This document shows, in pieces, positions 27,335 through 34,496 of a stretch of DNA of 64,000 nucleotides; within the stretch, counting starts at the first letter, position 1, and every line of letters begins with the position of its first letter. The notes beneath the pieces were generated by a model. The model saw only the letters and a program-made list of their open reading frames with translations, was not told the origin of the DNA and made no database searches. The position numbers were made by a program, and so were the translations under genes. The DNA comes from a virus. Where the stretch lies: IMG/VR virus record IMGVR_UViG_3300028394_000040; one strand, written 5' to 3'.

Positions 27335-27640
27335 TTACTCCGGCCAAAGCATTAACGTCCCTGCGTCATTCCATTCCGGCCAGTAGCCAAGCTCGTTGAC
27401 ATACTCGATGAACTCGCTATGAACTCCGTGCTCGTAACTTTGCCAGTCAGAAGTCCAGTAGTCAAATAATAAACGACCATCTGATGCTCTTTCGCCGTTC
27501 TCTGCTGAGAGCCAAAAGCCTTCTGTGGCACCGTTAAAGTATTCTGAAAGACGGATGTGTGATAATCCGAAACGGTTGGCAATTTGATCGCCTAAGGCTT
27601 CACGTTGCTCTTCATTGATAATTTCTACTGCGTTTGTCAT
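27335..27640 (-). CDS. Acidic hypothetical protein (early)
   Basis: Start MTNAVEI; FDYW..YEHGVH..GYWPEWNDAGT motif. Confidence 0.75.
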   Translation of the reverse strand: MTNAVEIINEEQREALGDQIANRFGLSHIRLSEYFNGATEGFWLSAENGERASDGRLLFDYWTSDWQSYEHGVHSEFIEYVNELGYWPEWNDAGTLMLWPE

Positions 27641-27666
27641 AACCTTTATTTGTTTTGATTGATAAC

Positions 27667-27705
27667 TAAAGTTAAGAAGAAGGAGCCAGAAAAGCAACTG
27701 GCTCC
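27667..27705 (-). promoter_or_regulatory. Early promoter + hairpin cassette (covariant stem)
   Basis: GGAGCCAG-TTGCTTTT-CTGGCTCC-TTCTTCT-TAACTTTA. Confidence 0.75.
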
Positions 27706-27713
27706 AAAGATTT

Positions 27714-27911
27714 TTAATCCCCTTCGTACATCAGTCGATTCTCTAAAGCCTCCTCGGCATCTCCCGACTCGACAAAGTCGATCATCAGTTTAAGTAGACG
27801 AATTCTATACTCCTCATCTCTAGGACCAGAAGCAATGCAATCAATGTGTGGAAGACATTCTACTAAATCTTTGTAGGTGTTTTCGTTTCTGCAATAAGAC
27901 ATGTTTGCCAT
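27714..27911 (-). CDS. Conserved small phage protein (MANMSYCR.ENT family)
   Basis: 65 aa. Confidence 0.75.
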   Translation of the reverse strand: MANMSYCRNENTYKDLVECLPHIDCIASGPRDEEYRIRLLKLMIDFVESGDAEEALENRLMYEGD

Positions 27912-27950
27912 AACCTTTGTTGTTTAAATGATTGATTAATTATTACATTC

Positions 27951-27989
27951 TAAATGTAGCAATAAGGAGCCAGAAAAGCAACTGGCTCC
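27951..27989 (-). promoter_or_regulatory. Early promoter + hairpin cassette (covariant stem)
   Basis: GGAGCCAG-TTGCTTTT-CTGGCTCC-TTATTGC-TACATTTA. Confidence 0.75.
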
Positions 27990-27999
27990 CTAACTTTTT

Positions 28000-28200
28000 T
28001 TAGGCTGACTTAAACATCTCCCGTCCTTTATTCTTCCAATCTTGCCATTCCTTCTCTCCCATATGCTCTCCCATAAGCTCCTCTAGTTGATTCATCCGGT
28101 AGTGAAGAGCTTTTACGACTACTGCATTGTGGGTTGATACGTTCAACTCCCAGTTGACGTCTAACATCTCGTTAAATAATTCTCTTTGATAATTTGTCAT
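28000..28200 (-). CDS. Small hypothetical protein (early)
   Basis: 66 aa with the cassette leader. Confidence 0.75.
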   Translation of the reverse strand: MTNYQRELFNEMLDVNWELNVSTHNAVVVKALHYRMNQLEELMGEHMGEKEWQDWKNKGREMFKSA

Positions 28201-28239
28201 AACCTTTATTGTTTAAATGATTGATTAATTATTACATTC

Positions 28240-28272
28240 TAAATGTACGAAGAAGATCCTTAGGAAGCAACT
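28240..28272 (-). promoter_or_regulatory. Host-type early promoter
   Basis: AGTTG-N20-TACATTTA. Confidence 0.7.
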
Positions 28273-28291
28273 TTTTTAATATAAATTATTT

Positions 28292-28358
28292 AAGGGAATA
28301 TATATTAGTCGTCTATACCATGTCCCAAGGATATATATTAGGTCTTTATACCATGTCC
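28292..28358. repeat. Imperfect tandem repeat (2 x ~33 bp) between divergent promoters
   Basis: AAGG(GA)ATATATATTAG-N5-TATACCATGTCC occurs twice. Confidence 0.85.
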
Positions 28359-28386
28359 TAAATAATATAAATATTTTTATAATAAT

Positions 28387-28419
28387 AGTTGCCTTTCTGA
28401 TCCTTAGCTATTATCTTTA
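28387..28419 (+). promoter_or_regulatory. Host-type early promoter for the only plus-strand gene
   Basis: AGTTG-CCTTTCTGATCCTTAGCTAT-TATCTTTA followed by the ATCAATCAAA leader. Confidence 0.75.
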
Positions 28420-28443
28420 GACATCAATCAAATAATAAATGTT

Positions 28444-28716
28444 ATGACAAACAAAATCGAACAAGTTAAGCTTCTTATGGAAAAAGCTAAGGATGGTAAA
28501 GTCTTTACCGTAGACTTCGTTAAGAAGGATGGTACTCCAAGAACAATGAATGCCCGTTTAGGAGTAAAGAAAGGTGTTAAAGGAGTAGGACAGAAGTATT
28601 CTCCGTCTGATTATAACCTCCTTACAGTCTTCGATATGCAAAAGGCATCTTTTAGAAACATTGTATTAGAGTCGATCTCACGAGTAACTATTAGTGGAGA
28701 AACGATTCTCTTCTAA
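28444..28716 (+). CDS. SH3/WYL-like beta-barrel protein (DUF2693-like)
   Basis: FTVDFVKKDGTPRTM..VFDMQKASFRNI motif; has its own promoter and terminator. Confidence 0.75.
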   Translation: MTNKIEQVKLLMEKAKDGKVFTVDFVKKDGTPRTMNARLGVKKGVKGVGQKYSPSDYNLLTVFDMQKASFRNIVLESISRVTISGETILF

Positions 28717-28726
28717 GAGAACAAAA

Positions 28727-28758
28727 GGAAACCAGACTCGAAAGGGTCTGGCTTCTTT
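28727..28758 (+). terminator. Intrinsic (likely bidirectional) terminator
   Basis: CCAGACTC-GAAA-GGGTCTGG followed by CTTCTTT; lies between convergent genes. Confidence 0.75.
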
Positions 28759-28841
28759 GAAATGTTCTATTCGGTTTTTAGAAAATCGGGTACTTTGTAA
28801 TAGAAACTATCAATATTTCGAAAAGCATGGCTTGGAATAAT

Positions 28842-29198
28842 CTAATTTACTGGCTGAATCTGGTTGTAGACCTTCGGAGCTCCTGCCTTATCAATGAGAT
28901 TGCTCTTGAGAGCATTAGCTTTCTCCTTAGAAAGACCACCTTTTACTTTCAACACAGTATACTTTTCTTTGTAATCTTTCCCTACCTTCTTCATGTCAGA
29001 AGAGATCTCCTTAGTTCCTCCTCCTGCCGTAGGGCTGTAGGCCATGGATCTAACCATGTTGAGAACAGCTTCTGGCTCTTCAAGCTTAGAAACAACATAA
29101 AACTTATGGTTTCTATTCTTGCTCTTCTTGTCTTCATTCTTAATCTGGAATACTGAATAGCTGTGAGACTTCTCTGCCTCGTCGATAAAATTGCTCAT
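28842..29198 (-). CDS. Basic hypothetical protein
   Basis: 118 aa, Lys-rich. TATTTATA at 29269-29276 and a palindrome at 29227-29245 lie upstream. Confidence 0.7.
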   Translation of the reverse strand: MSNFIDEAEKSHSYSVFQIKNEDKKSKNRNHKFYVVSKLEEPEAVLNMVRSMAYSPTAGGGTKEISSDMKKVGKDYKEKYTVLKVKGGLSKEKANALKSNLIDKAGAPKVYNQIQPVN

Positions 29199-29325
29199 GT
29201 TCTTTAGTTAGCTCCTGGATCCCTATTATACAATGCGATTGTACTCTCATGGCTCCTGTGTTTATGTATATAAATATCTAATTGTTTACCTCCTTACCTT
29301 GATCCTGTCTCCTCTACCCTCAGGG

Positions 29326-29350
29326 AAAAGAAAAGCCGGCTAGGCCGGCT
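29326..29350 (-). terminator. Intrinsic terminator
   Basis: AGCCGGC-CTA-GCCGGCT followed by TTTCTTTT. Confidence 0.8.
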
Positions 29351-29445
29351 CCTCATTCTAAATGCTTGATTACTCTCTTGTAACCCCTTAAACAATGTTA
29401 TACAATGCGATTGTACTTCTTAGTATCGCTGGTATAGCAATGGTA
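29326..29445 (-). ncRNA. Candidate ~120-nt non-coding RNA
   Basis: Bounded by a promoter (29449-29481) and a strong terminator (29326-29350). No credible ORF. Contains one palindrome copy. Confidence 0.5.
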
Positions 29446-29448
29446 CCG

Positions 29449-29481
29449 TAAAGGTAAGAATTATATAGCAGAAAAGCAACT
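29449..29481 (-). promoter_or_regulatory. Host-type early promoter
   Basis: AGTTG-CTTTTCTGCTATATAATTCT-TACCTTTA. Confidence 0.7.
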
Positions 29482-29775
29482 CCCTTAGGAGCTAGTGTAT
29501 ATACAATGCGATTGTACTCTACGGTACCGTGTACTACCTAGTACCTTGTATCGAATCGAACTAGGGGAGCAAGGAGCATTCTTATATATTTTGCCTAGGA
29601 GGCTTTTTTCAAGGGGGGAGGCCCTTCGGCCCCTAATTTTCAGTTTCTGCTACTACACTTTCTCTCTCTTCTTCTCTACACACCTACTACCTATTTCATT
29701 TAGTACCTTGTGACACATAGTACCTAATTAAACCAATTAGCTACACCTTAGCTATTCTTGCTACTCTCTACTGTC

Positions 29776-30018
29776 CTATAGATCTTTATAATATTCCTCG
29801 TGTCTTACATCCTGTTCTACTCCTATATAGATCATATACCACATAAAGAATAAAAACAAGAGTATTACAGATCCATATGCTACATATGCAGTTATAGGAG
29901 GAAAGATATAACATATACCTACTACTAGTGTTAATGCTCCTAATACTGTTAACATTAGCTTAGTTGTCATTATTGCAGCTTTCTTTTCTATCTCTTTTGT
30001 ACTTAGTCTTTTATTCAT
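29776..30018 (-). CDS. Small two-TM membrane protein
   Basis: Two hydrophobic helices. Confidence 0.65.
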   Translation of the reverse strand: MNKRLSTKEIEKKAAIMTTKLMLTVLGALTLVVGICYIFPPITAYVAYGSVILLFLFFMWYMIYIGVEQDVRHEEYYKDL

Positions 30019-30110
30019 TGTCCTTTATTATTTACTTGTACTCTCTCTTATTCTTTTCTTCTGTATTATATCTACTATCGTTCTGGATATTTTGACTGTG
30101 TCTTACCCAC

Positions 30111-30611
30111 TTAATCAATTTTATCCAAATTCAAAGGAACGTATTTATCCATTCCAGAATCGTATTGATAGAAGTTAAAGTTATCTATTCCTCTATACTC
30201 CGGTTTTAGTATCCCTATCTTAGAACTCTTTTGAAATGATAATCTGTTAACTCTATTGCCATTTGGTATCATTGGATAATCTTCTTCTTTCCAGTTAGTA
30301 GTTTCAAAACTATCTCCAGGATATGTTTCTTTAGCTTTAAATGTTATCAGGTACTTTGACTTAGATGAACCTCCATCATATAATCCTCCTTTGTAAAAAT
30401 TAGGAGCAGTTGAATTTTGTTTATCGGCTGATAGCTTTGCATTAATAGTATAGTCAAACTCATCTAGATCTTCATTTATACCTATGAAAGCTTTCTCTCG
30501 TTTAATATTAGATAGTACCTCTACTTTATTAGTTACGTGAGTCCAAGTATTAGACTCATCCTTATAAACCTTTTCAGTAATTTCTTTAAGTATGTTGATT
30601 AGCTTAATCAT
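30111..30611 (-). CDS. Hypothetical protein with MIKLINILKE leader (possible packaged protein)
   Basis: Late motif TATTTATT at 30625-30632; N-terminus contains an I/L-x-E site. Confidence 0.65.
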   Translation of the reverse strand: MIKLINILKEITEKVYKDESNTWTHVTNKVEVLSNIKREKAFIGINEDLDEFDYTINAKLSADKQNSTAPNFYKGGLYDGGSSKSKYLITFKAKETYPGDSFETTNWKEEDYPMIPNGNRVNRLSFQKSSKIGILKPEYRGIDNFNFYQYDSGMDKYVPLNLDKID

Positions 30612-30676
30612 AAATTTCTTTTATAATAAATACCGATTCTGAGTGTCTTGTATCTCCTACTTACTTGACTTATGCT

Positions 30677-30889
30677 TTAAGTTTTGCTACCTTCTTTCTC
30701 ATATTCTCTAAATCTTACATCTAAAGTATATCCTGTATTCTTCCAAAACTTGTCACAATAGAACATACCCTCTACTCTAGGAGATTTAGAATACGTTGAT
30801 TGCCTCCATTGGTTAAACGGAGCTGTATGTCTGTAACAGTCAAACTTCATAGGACATTTCATATCATTACACATTGTTATATCAGCCAT
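30677..30889 (-). CDS. Small Cys-rich protein (MADITMC family)
   Basis: C-x4-C-P-x4-C-Y-R motif. Confidence 0.7.
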   Translation of the reverse strand: MADITMCNDMKCPMKFDCYRHTAPFNQWRQSTYSKSPRVEGMFYCDKFWKNTGYTLDVRFREYEKEGSKT

Positions 30890-31010
30890 TGTCTTGTTGT
30901 TTAATTAATAACATAATCTCTCTTGTTAATTCACCTGCTGTTTTAGTACCATCAAGGTTCCAACGTATAATTGCAGCTTCTATAGCACTATATAATTCAT
31001 TCTTTGCCAT
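30882..31010 (-). CDS. Small hypothetical protein (42 aa; not in the ORF track)
   Basis: MAKNELYSAIEAAIIRWNLDGTKTAGELTREIMLLIKQQDNG fills the gap and overlaps both neighbours. Confidence 0.6.
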   Translation of the reverse strand: MAKNELYSAIEAAIIRWNLDGTKTAGELTREIMLLIKQQDNG

Positions 31011-31212
31011 AAGTTTCGTTGTAATATTCTTCTGCATCTAATTTACATTCTATGCCATCAGGTATATTTGATTCCCAGCATTTTACAAAAGCATCTTTTA
31101 TCTGCTCTTTCTCCATTTGTTTGGCTTGATCAATTATATCAGATGGTATTCCTTGACAAGGAGCCCATAATACTTCAATTAACCATTCTACTGCTGTTTG
31201 TTTATTTGCCAT
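30997..31212 (-). CDS. Small phage protein (KQTAVEWL..AKQMEKEQI..YYNETY family)
   Basis: Motif of a type recurrent in Bacteroidota phages (recalled, not searched). Confidence 0.75.
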   Translation of the reverse strand: MANKQTAVEWLIEVLWAPCQGIPSDIIDQAKQMEKEQIKDAFVKCWESNIPDGIECKLDAEEYYNETYGKE

Positions 31213-31459
31213 TATATATCTGTTCTAATTCTTCTAATTGTTCATCATATTCAATCTTCATAAATAGACCGCTCCAATGGCAATATGGTATTTCTGCAAA
31301 TTCATACCAATCACCTGGTGCTACATTATATTTTGCTGCTTCTTTAAATGAAGTGTGTGGTACTACATCTAATACATGATATATTTCACCACGGCTTATA
31401 TGTGGACGATCTGGAAAATGATTATTAGTTCCGTCTTTAATGCATATTACTTTATCCAT
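31202..31459 (-). CDS. Hypothetical protein
   Basis: 85 aa; KVICI..GEIY.V SH3-like pattern. Confidence 0.65.
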   Translation of the reverse strand: MDKVICIKDGTNNHFPDRPHISRGEIYHVLDVVPHTSFKEAAKYNVAPGDWYEFAEIPYCHWSGLFMKIEYDEQLEELEQIYNGK

Positions 31460-31460
31460 A

Positions 31461-31679
31461 TTATAACTTTTCTATTTCCTCCTTAACTTTATACCAATAC
31501 ATCATTGGTTCTCTAATTCCTTGCTCGTTACCGAATTTTATTATCTCATCTACTGCAATTAATGAACATTGTTTGGCGGACTCCCACCATTCTCTGCCTT
31601 CTAATCCCTGTATTTTATTTAGGTAATTATCATAAATTTCTTCTGCTTTCTCTCTTGGGTACTTAGCTTCCTTACTCAT
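31461..31679 (-). CDS. Small phage protein (P.EKA..AKQC.LIAVDEII..YW..VK.EIEKL family)
   Basis: 72 aa. Confidence 0.75.
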   Translation of the reverse strand: MSKEAKYPREKAEEIYDNYLNKIQGLEGREWWESAKQCSLIAVDEIIKFGNEQGIREPMMYWYKVKEEIEKL

Positions 31680-31884
31680 CTTCGCCGAAAGTTAAAGCCC
31701 ATTCTTCTCCTGTTATTCCTGTCATGAGGAATTCTCTATCGTCTACAGAAAGATGAGGAACTATCTTTTGAATAAGTTCTCCTGATTCGAATCTATTATC
31801 TACTCTTGCTAATTGCTCAGGTGTAATGTCTAAGTCCAAGGCATGAACTAATCCCGATACTCTACTTTTTCTTTCTACTAACAT
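31672..31884 (-). CDS. Conserved small phage protein
   Basis: LIQ..PHLSVDDREFLMTGITGEEW motif. Confidence 0.75.
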   Translation of the reverse strand: MLVERKSRVSGLVHALDLDITPEQLARVDNRFESGELIQKIVPHLSVDDREFLMTGITGEEWALTFGEDE

Positions 31885-31905
31885 AACCTTTTTTAATTTA
31901 AAAAT

Positions 31906-32085
31906 TTAGTCTTTTATATCTACTTTTTCTTCATTTATTTCATCCATCATGATGCTAATATCATCCCACATTTGCTCTTCTAAAGCTTGACTAATCTTTA
32001 TATCTGATTGAAGTCTTCTAATTTTAAATATAGCTGCTACTAAAGCGGCTACTGTTATTACATTTGTTACTATTAAAACTATCAT
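31906..32085 (-). CDS. Small membrane-anchored protein (59 aa; not in the ORF track)
   Basis: MIVLIVTNVITVAALVAAIFKIRRLQSDIK... Confidence 0.6.
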   Translation of the reverse strand: MIVLIVTNVITVAALVAAIFKIRRLQSDIKISQALEEQMWDDISIMMDEINEEKVDIKD

Positions 32086-32231
32086 AATTTATTTTGTCTT
32101 CGTTTTCTACGTTTATAAAGATGGATTAAAAATCCATAAAAAAATACAAAAGTAACTATAAATGCTGAACCGATAGTTATAAAAAATATCCATTCTAAAA
32201 TATTTACAAGCATACTAGCAATCTGTTCCAT
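32082..32231 (-). CDS. Small membrane protein (49 aa; not in the ORF track)
   Basis: MEQIASMLVNILEWIFFITIGSAFIVTFVFFYGFLIHLYKRRKRRQNKL. Confidence 0.55.
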   Translation of the reverse strand: MEQIASMLVNILEWIFFITIGSAFIVTFVFFYGFLIHLYKRRKRRQNKL

Positions 32232-32232
32232 T

Positions 32233-32472
32233 TTATATACTAATTAAAGATTTTTTTATATTTTCCCAATGATCCTTAGTAAGAAGACTATTTTCTTGAC
32301 TTGAATGAGAAGATTTAGAGTTGTCTTGTAAGTACTTAACTGTTAGTATAGCACTAGCTTTTACAAGTACAGTTAATGTTTCCTCATCTATACTTTCACC
32401 TCCTAAGGAAGAAAGAATTGAATAATGCTCTCTAAGTAATTTTTCTGCTTGGTAATCGTATACTAATTTCAT
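32233..32472 (-). CDS. Hypothetical protein, distant paralog of 31461-31679
   Basis: AEKL..KASAILTV..HWENIKKSL pattern. Confidence 0.6.
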   Translation of the reverse strand: MKLVYDYQAEKLLREHYSILSSLGGESIDEETLTVLVKASAILTVKYLQDNSKSSHSSQENSLLTKDHWENIKKSLISI

Positions 32473-32495
32473 CTTATTTAAGTAGTTAAAGGTTT

Positions 32496-33119
32496 CTATT
32501 TTATTTTAACATAGTAGCCCAAAGTTAAATATGGAGATATACCATAATTTTCATCTTGCCTCATAGACATTCCTGCTCCTACATGCAGCAAAGATTCATC
32601 TTTAGATTTAAATAATAAATTAGCACCCCAGAAATTAAATAAGCCATTAAAATTAGTTGATGCACTAGCCCCGAAATAAATTTTAGAACGGTCTTGCATA
32701 ACTACTATGTGATCTTTAGTAATAAATCTAGGAGTAATCTCTGCATGCCAATGCCTTCCTACGTGTCTGTTATAAGCTAAAGTATCCACAATAAATACCC
32801 AACCTTGGTTATTAGGAAGTTTTATAGTTTCCTTATAGATATTTTTAGAATGGTACTTCTCTATAATAGCTAAAGTATCTATTGCTGTAGGAGGAGAAGG
32901 AATTGTAACTATACTATACACAGGTACCTTAACTATCTTCGGTACTTTCTTTATCTTTACTCTAGTTACTACCTTATATACCGTATCCGGTTTAGGGTAT
33001 GGGATTTGTTTAATTATTTTAGCCTTACCATTAGTATAGGATGTTATTGTTATATACTTAGGCTTCTGAGCTAAAGCAGTTATGCTAACTAGCATCAATA
33101 ATAATATAAATTTTTTCAT
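32496..33119 (-). CDS. Secreted/outer-membrane protein (signal peptide, C-terminal beta-strands; possibly spanin-like)
   Basis: MKKFILLLMLVSITALAQ signal; DTVY/DTL repeats; C-terminal PYLTLGYYVKI. Confidence 0.6.
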   Translation of the reverse strand: MKKFILLLMLVSITALAQKPKYITITSYTNGKAKIIKQIPYPKPDTVYKVVTRVKIKKVPKIVKVPVYSIVTIPSPPTAIDTLAIIEKYHSKNIYKETIKLPNNQGWVFIVDTLAYNRHVGRHWHAEITPRFITKDHIVVMQDRSKIYFGASASTNFNGLFNFWGANLLFKSKDESLLHVGAGMSMRQDENYGISPYLTLGYYVKIK

Positions 33120-33123
33120 GATT

Positions 33124-33474
33124 TTATTTTGTTTTTTTAACAGTAGTTTTTTTCTTTACAGTCTTTTTAACTGCTCCTTTATTATAAGTTAATCCTGCAA
33201 CTAGGCCAGGAAGCCCTTCATTTAAAAATAAACGATAAGCATTAATAGTTTGAATCTTAGCCATTAAATCAATCTTATAGCATAAAGATTCAGCATTATA
33301 CTTTCTAGTACCTATTGTAACATAATCTAAATAAGAAGATGATAAAGCTTCATTCATTATAGCCCTCTTCATTTTCTCTCCACAAACATAAGCCGATGCT
33401 GTTACCTTAACGCCTACTTCAGAATCTGGTTTAGTTGATCTTATTTTATTCTCTGATGTTTTATATAACTCCAT
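33124..33474 (-). CDS. Hypothetical protein with a Lys-rich tail
   Basis: 116 aa. Confidence 0.6.
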   Translation of the reverse strand: MELYKTSENKIRSTKPDSEVGVKVTASAYVCGEKMKRAIMNEALSSSYLDYVTIGTRKYNAESLCYKIDLMAKIQTINAYRLFLNEGLPGLVAGLTYNKGAVKKTVKKKTTVKKTK

Positions 33475-33808
33475 TCTCTTCTTTAACTAAATTTAAAAAT
33501 TCTTTTAAGGCTTTTCTATTCTCAATAATAAAGTTCCTTGCTTGAGCGATACTAGTAAAGCCATTATCTACCATTTTAAGCCATACGTTAATCTCTGCAT
33601 CAGTATCATAATCCCCGATCTCTTCAGATAACTCGATCATCCTTTTAAGAAAGATCTGCCTTCGATCAAAGGAAGATAAGTCTCTTCTATCATCAAAGAT
33701 ACTTCTATCGCAATAATTACACCAATCTGTATTGTCTAGATCGATAACTTGATTACAATATTGACATGTTACAGTATTACTGGACATAATCCTCTTCGAA
33801 TAACTCAT
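33461..33808 (-). CDS. Zinc-ribbon protein
   Basis: CQYC..CNYC. Confidence 0.65.
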   Translation of the reverse strand: MSYSKRIMSSNTVTCQYCNQVIDLDNTDWCNYCDRSIFDDRRDLSSFDRRQIFLKRMIELSEEIGDYDTDAEINVWLKMVDNGFTSIAQARNFIIENRKALKEFLNLVKEENGVI

Positions 33809-34076
33809 GTGGGTTAACTAAAGCTAAAGCTGAAATAGCTTTATCATATTGCTTCCAAAACTCTTGCTCTGATATAGCTACATGAGAACAACCTACTACA
33901 CTAACAACAAAGTTTAATGAAGTTGTAATAGTAATCTCTGCCGGAAGCTGAGAACGAAAAGAAGGACGAAAGTTTACTCTTAAGACTGAATCATTAACGG
34001 TATCTAAAGCGACATAGTCGAATATAGTACCTGATACTAGAAGGTTTTTGCCGAAGCGAGTGTAATTTGATTTCAT
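33777..34076 (-). CDS. Hypothetical protein
   Basis: 99 aa with an A-rich AAGTT-ATG leader. Confidence 0.65.
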   Translation of the reverse strand: MKSNYTRFGKNLLVSGTIFDYVALDTVNDSVLRVNFRPSFRSQLPAEITITTSLNFVVSVVGCSHVAISEQEFWKQYDKAISALALVNPHELFEEDYVQ

Positions 34077-34183
34077 AACTTTTATTATTTAATTGATTAT
34101 TGTTTACTTAATACCTCCTATTGATATTGAAAGTATTGTCTGTAATCTGAAACATGGCAACCTCTTATGTTTTATTCTATACC

Positions 34184-34216
34184 TTAATGTATATACTATG
34201 TAGCAGAATAGCAACT
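34184..34216 (-). promoter_or_regulatory. Host-type promoter
   Basis: AGTTG-CTATTCTGCTACATAGTATA-TACATTAA. Confidence 0.65.
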
Positions 34217-34249
34217 AGAGCATAGAAAGATTTAACCTCCAAGACATAG

Positions 34250-34420
34250 TTAATACTCCAGGTAACTACCCGTAGAGTACCCCCGCGGAAGCATTGTGTA
34301 TGTTAAACTTACCGGCCCTAGCGTTGGTGTTAGCGTCTCTAGCATTCCGAATGTGTATCCGTATACCGTATGCTCTACCCTAGCCGACTTAGCCTTCTTT
34401 TCTTTCTTTTTCTTAGCCAT
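34250..34420 (-). CDS. Small basic protein (56 aa; not in the ORF track)
   Basis: MAKKKKEKKAKSARVEHTVYGYTFGMLETLTPTLGPVSLTYTMLPRGYSTGSYLEY. Confidence 0.4.
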   Translation of the reverse strand: MAKKKKEKKAKSARVEHTVYGYTFGMLETLTPTLGPVSLTYTMLPRGYSTGSYLEY

Positions 34421-34496
34421 AACTATGTAAATTATAAGAGAATATATATATAGAATCGCGAGCCTCGCCTAAATGGTTTGCGCCCCCCCTTTCCGT

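Larger units (their letters stand above)
27909..28247. repeat. Near-identical ~50-bp promoter/leader direct repeat (27909-27958 and 28198-28247)
   Basis: TACATTTAGAATGTAATAATTAATCAATCATTTAAACAAYAAAGGTTATG on the minus strand, one mismatch. Confidence 0.85.
29227..29518. repeat. Three copies of the 19-bp TATACAATGCGATTGTACT (palindromic TACAAT-GCG-ATTGTA) at 29227, 29399 and 29500
   Basis: Exact repeats read directly from the sequence. Confidence 0.9.

Noticed and set aside
27260-27697. Shared N-terminal 'MLF(C/W)LLL..FS.QSKQIKV' signal peptides in ORFs 26963-27316 and 27335-27697
   Set aside because: These are translations of the repeated promoter/leader cassette from its TTG. The likely starts are the ATGs after AAAGGTT (27259 and 27640).
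29227-29518. Three exact palindromic repeats as a mini CRISPR array
   Set aside because: The repeat is only 19 bp, the intervening stretches are 153 and 82 bp, and they contain a promoter and a terminator. No cas genes are adjacent.
29495-29713. 72-aa plus-strand ORF in the palindrome region
   Set aside because: GTG start without a leader, low-complexity composition, and it runs through repeats and a hairpin; more likely non-coding.
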